Assembly: GCA_021798135.1 (NCBI GenBank)
Contig: JAJZYI010000001.1
Coordinates: 1 to 36,151, forward strand
Origin: Actinomycetes bacterium
Lineage (GTDB): Bacteria > Actinomycetota > Acidimicrobiia > Acidimicrobiales > UBA8190
Direction of reading: 5' to 3'
Length of the DNA stretch: 36,151 bases
Of the stretch, positions 36,012 through 36,151 are shown piece by piece. A program made the translations under genes and the position numbers. Position 1 is the stretch's first letter; every line of letters begins with the position of its first letter. The notes below the pieces were generated by a model. It saw nothing but the letters and a program-made list of their open reading frames with translations. It was not told the origin of the DNA and searched no databases.

Positions 36012-36114
36012 CGGCGGAGCGCCCGCGGTTCGGGGCGCGGCGGGCGCGGTCCGGCGGAGCGCCCGCGGTTCAGGGCGCGGCAGGCGCGATCCGGCGGAGC
36101 GCCCGCAGCGAGCC
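36012..36114. repeat. 40-bp tandem repeat x2.6 starting immediately after the last stop codon; each unit is hairpin-forming
   Basis: cggcggagcgcccgcggttcggggcgcggcgggcgcggtc (36012-36051), cggcggagcgcccgcggttcagggcgcggcaggcgcgatc (36052-36091), then a partial unit. Within a unit, GCGCCCGC pairs with GCGGGCGC. Confidence 0.9.
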
Positions 36115-36151
36115 CCAGGCGCCGTCGTCCGACCACTCGCCGGACCGGAGT

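Overview
Very high-G+C (by eye well above 70%), actinobacterial-type chromosomal segment, densely coding on both strands. I support 32 protein-coding genes. I found no rRNA or tRNA, no transposase, integrase or phage genes, and no CRISPR array. Most long ORFs in the six-frame track are GC-driven shadow ORFs (Arg/Pro/Gly/Ala-rich, antisense or out of frame to recognisable genes). Gene order, left to right: copZ-copA-csoR copper efflux operon; hypothetical protein; enoyl-CoA hydratase (-); UDP-sulfoquinovose synthase (sqdB) coupled to a GtrA-like membrane protein and a membrane-anchored GH5 endoglycoceramidase-like hydrolase; GNAT (-); sulfide:quinone oxidoreductase-like flavoprotein (-) followed by an untracked 53-codon ORF; class II B12-dependent ribonucleotide reductase nrdJ; CapA-like protein; OYE flavin oxidoreductase (-); DedA fused to a His-rich 4-TM domain; TrmH methyltransferase (-); F420 Ddn-like protein (-); MFS transporter (-); alanine dehydrogenase; SixA-like phosphatase; TetR regulator; a minus-strand operon LLM oxidoreductase - thiolase-like - FabH - nucleotidyltransferase - acylphosphatase; NifU-like protein; then polysaccharide deacetylase - GT28 (MGDG-synthase/UgtP-like) - GT4 - SAM methyltransferase - prenyltransferase/terpene-cyclase-fold protein. 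Observations most worth follow-up: (1) the sqdB-gtrA-GH5 module, a sulfosugar pathway in an unusual host and context; (2) the glycolipid/envelope cassette at 30.3-36.0 kb and the FabH/thiolase/nucleotidyltransferase operon, neither of which matches a pathway I know; (3) a recurrent pattern of locus-specific tandem repeats abutting, and often including, stop codons at nine or more gene ends, plus in-frame repeat expansions inside three CDSs; (4) the small conserved-looking ORF coupled to the SQR-like gene. I saw no recognisable defence system or mobile element, and I do not claim one.
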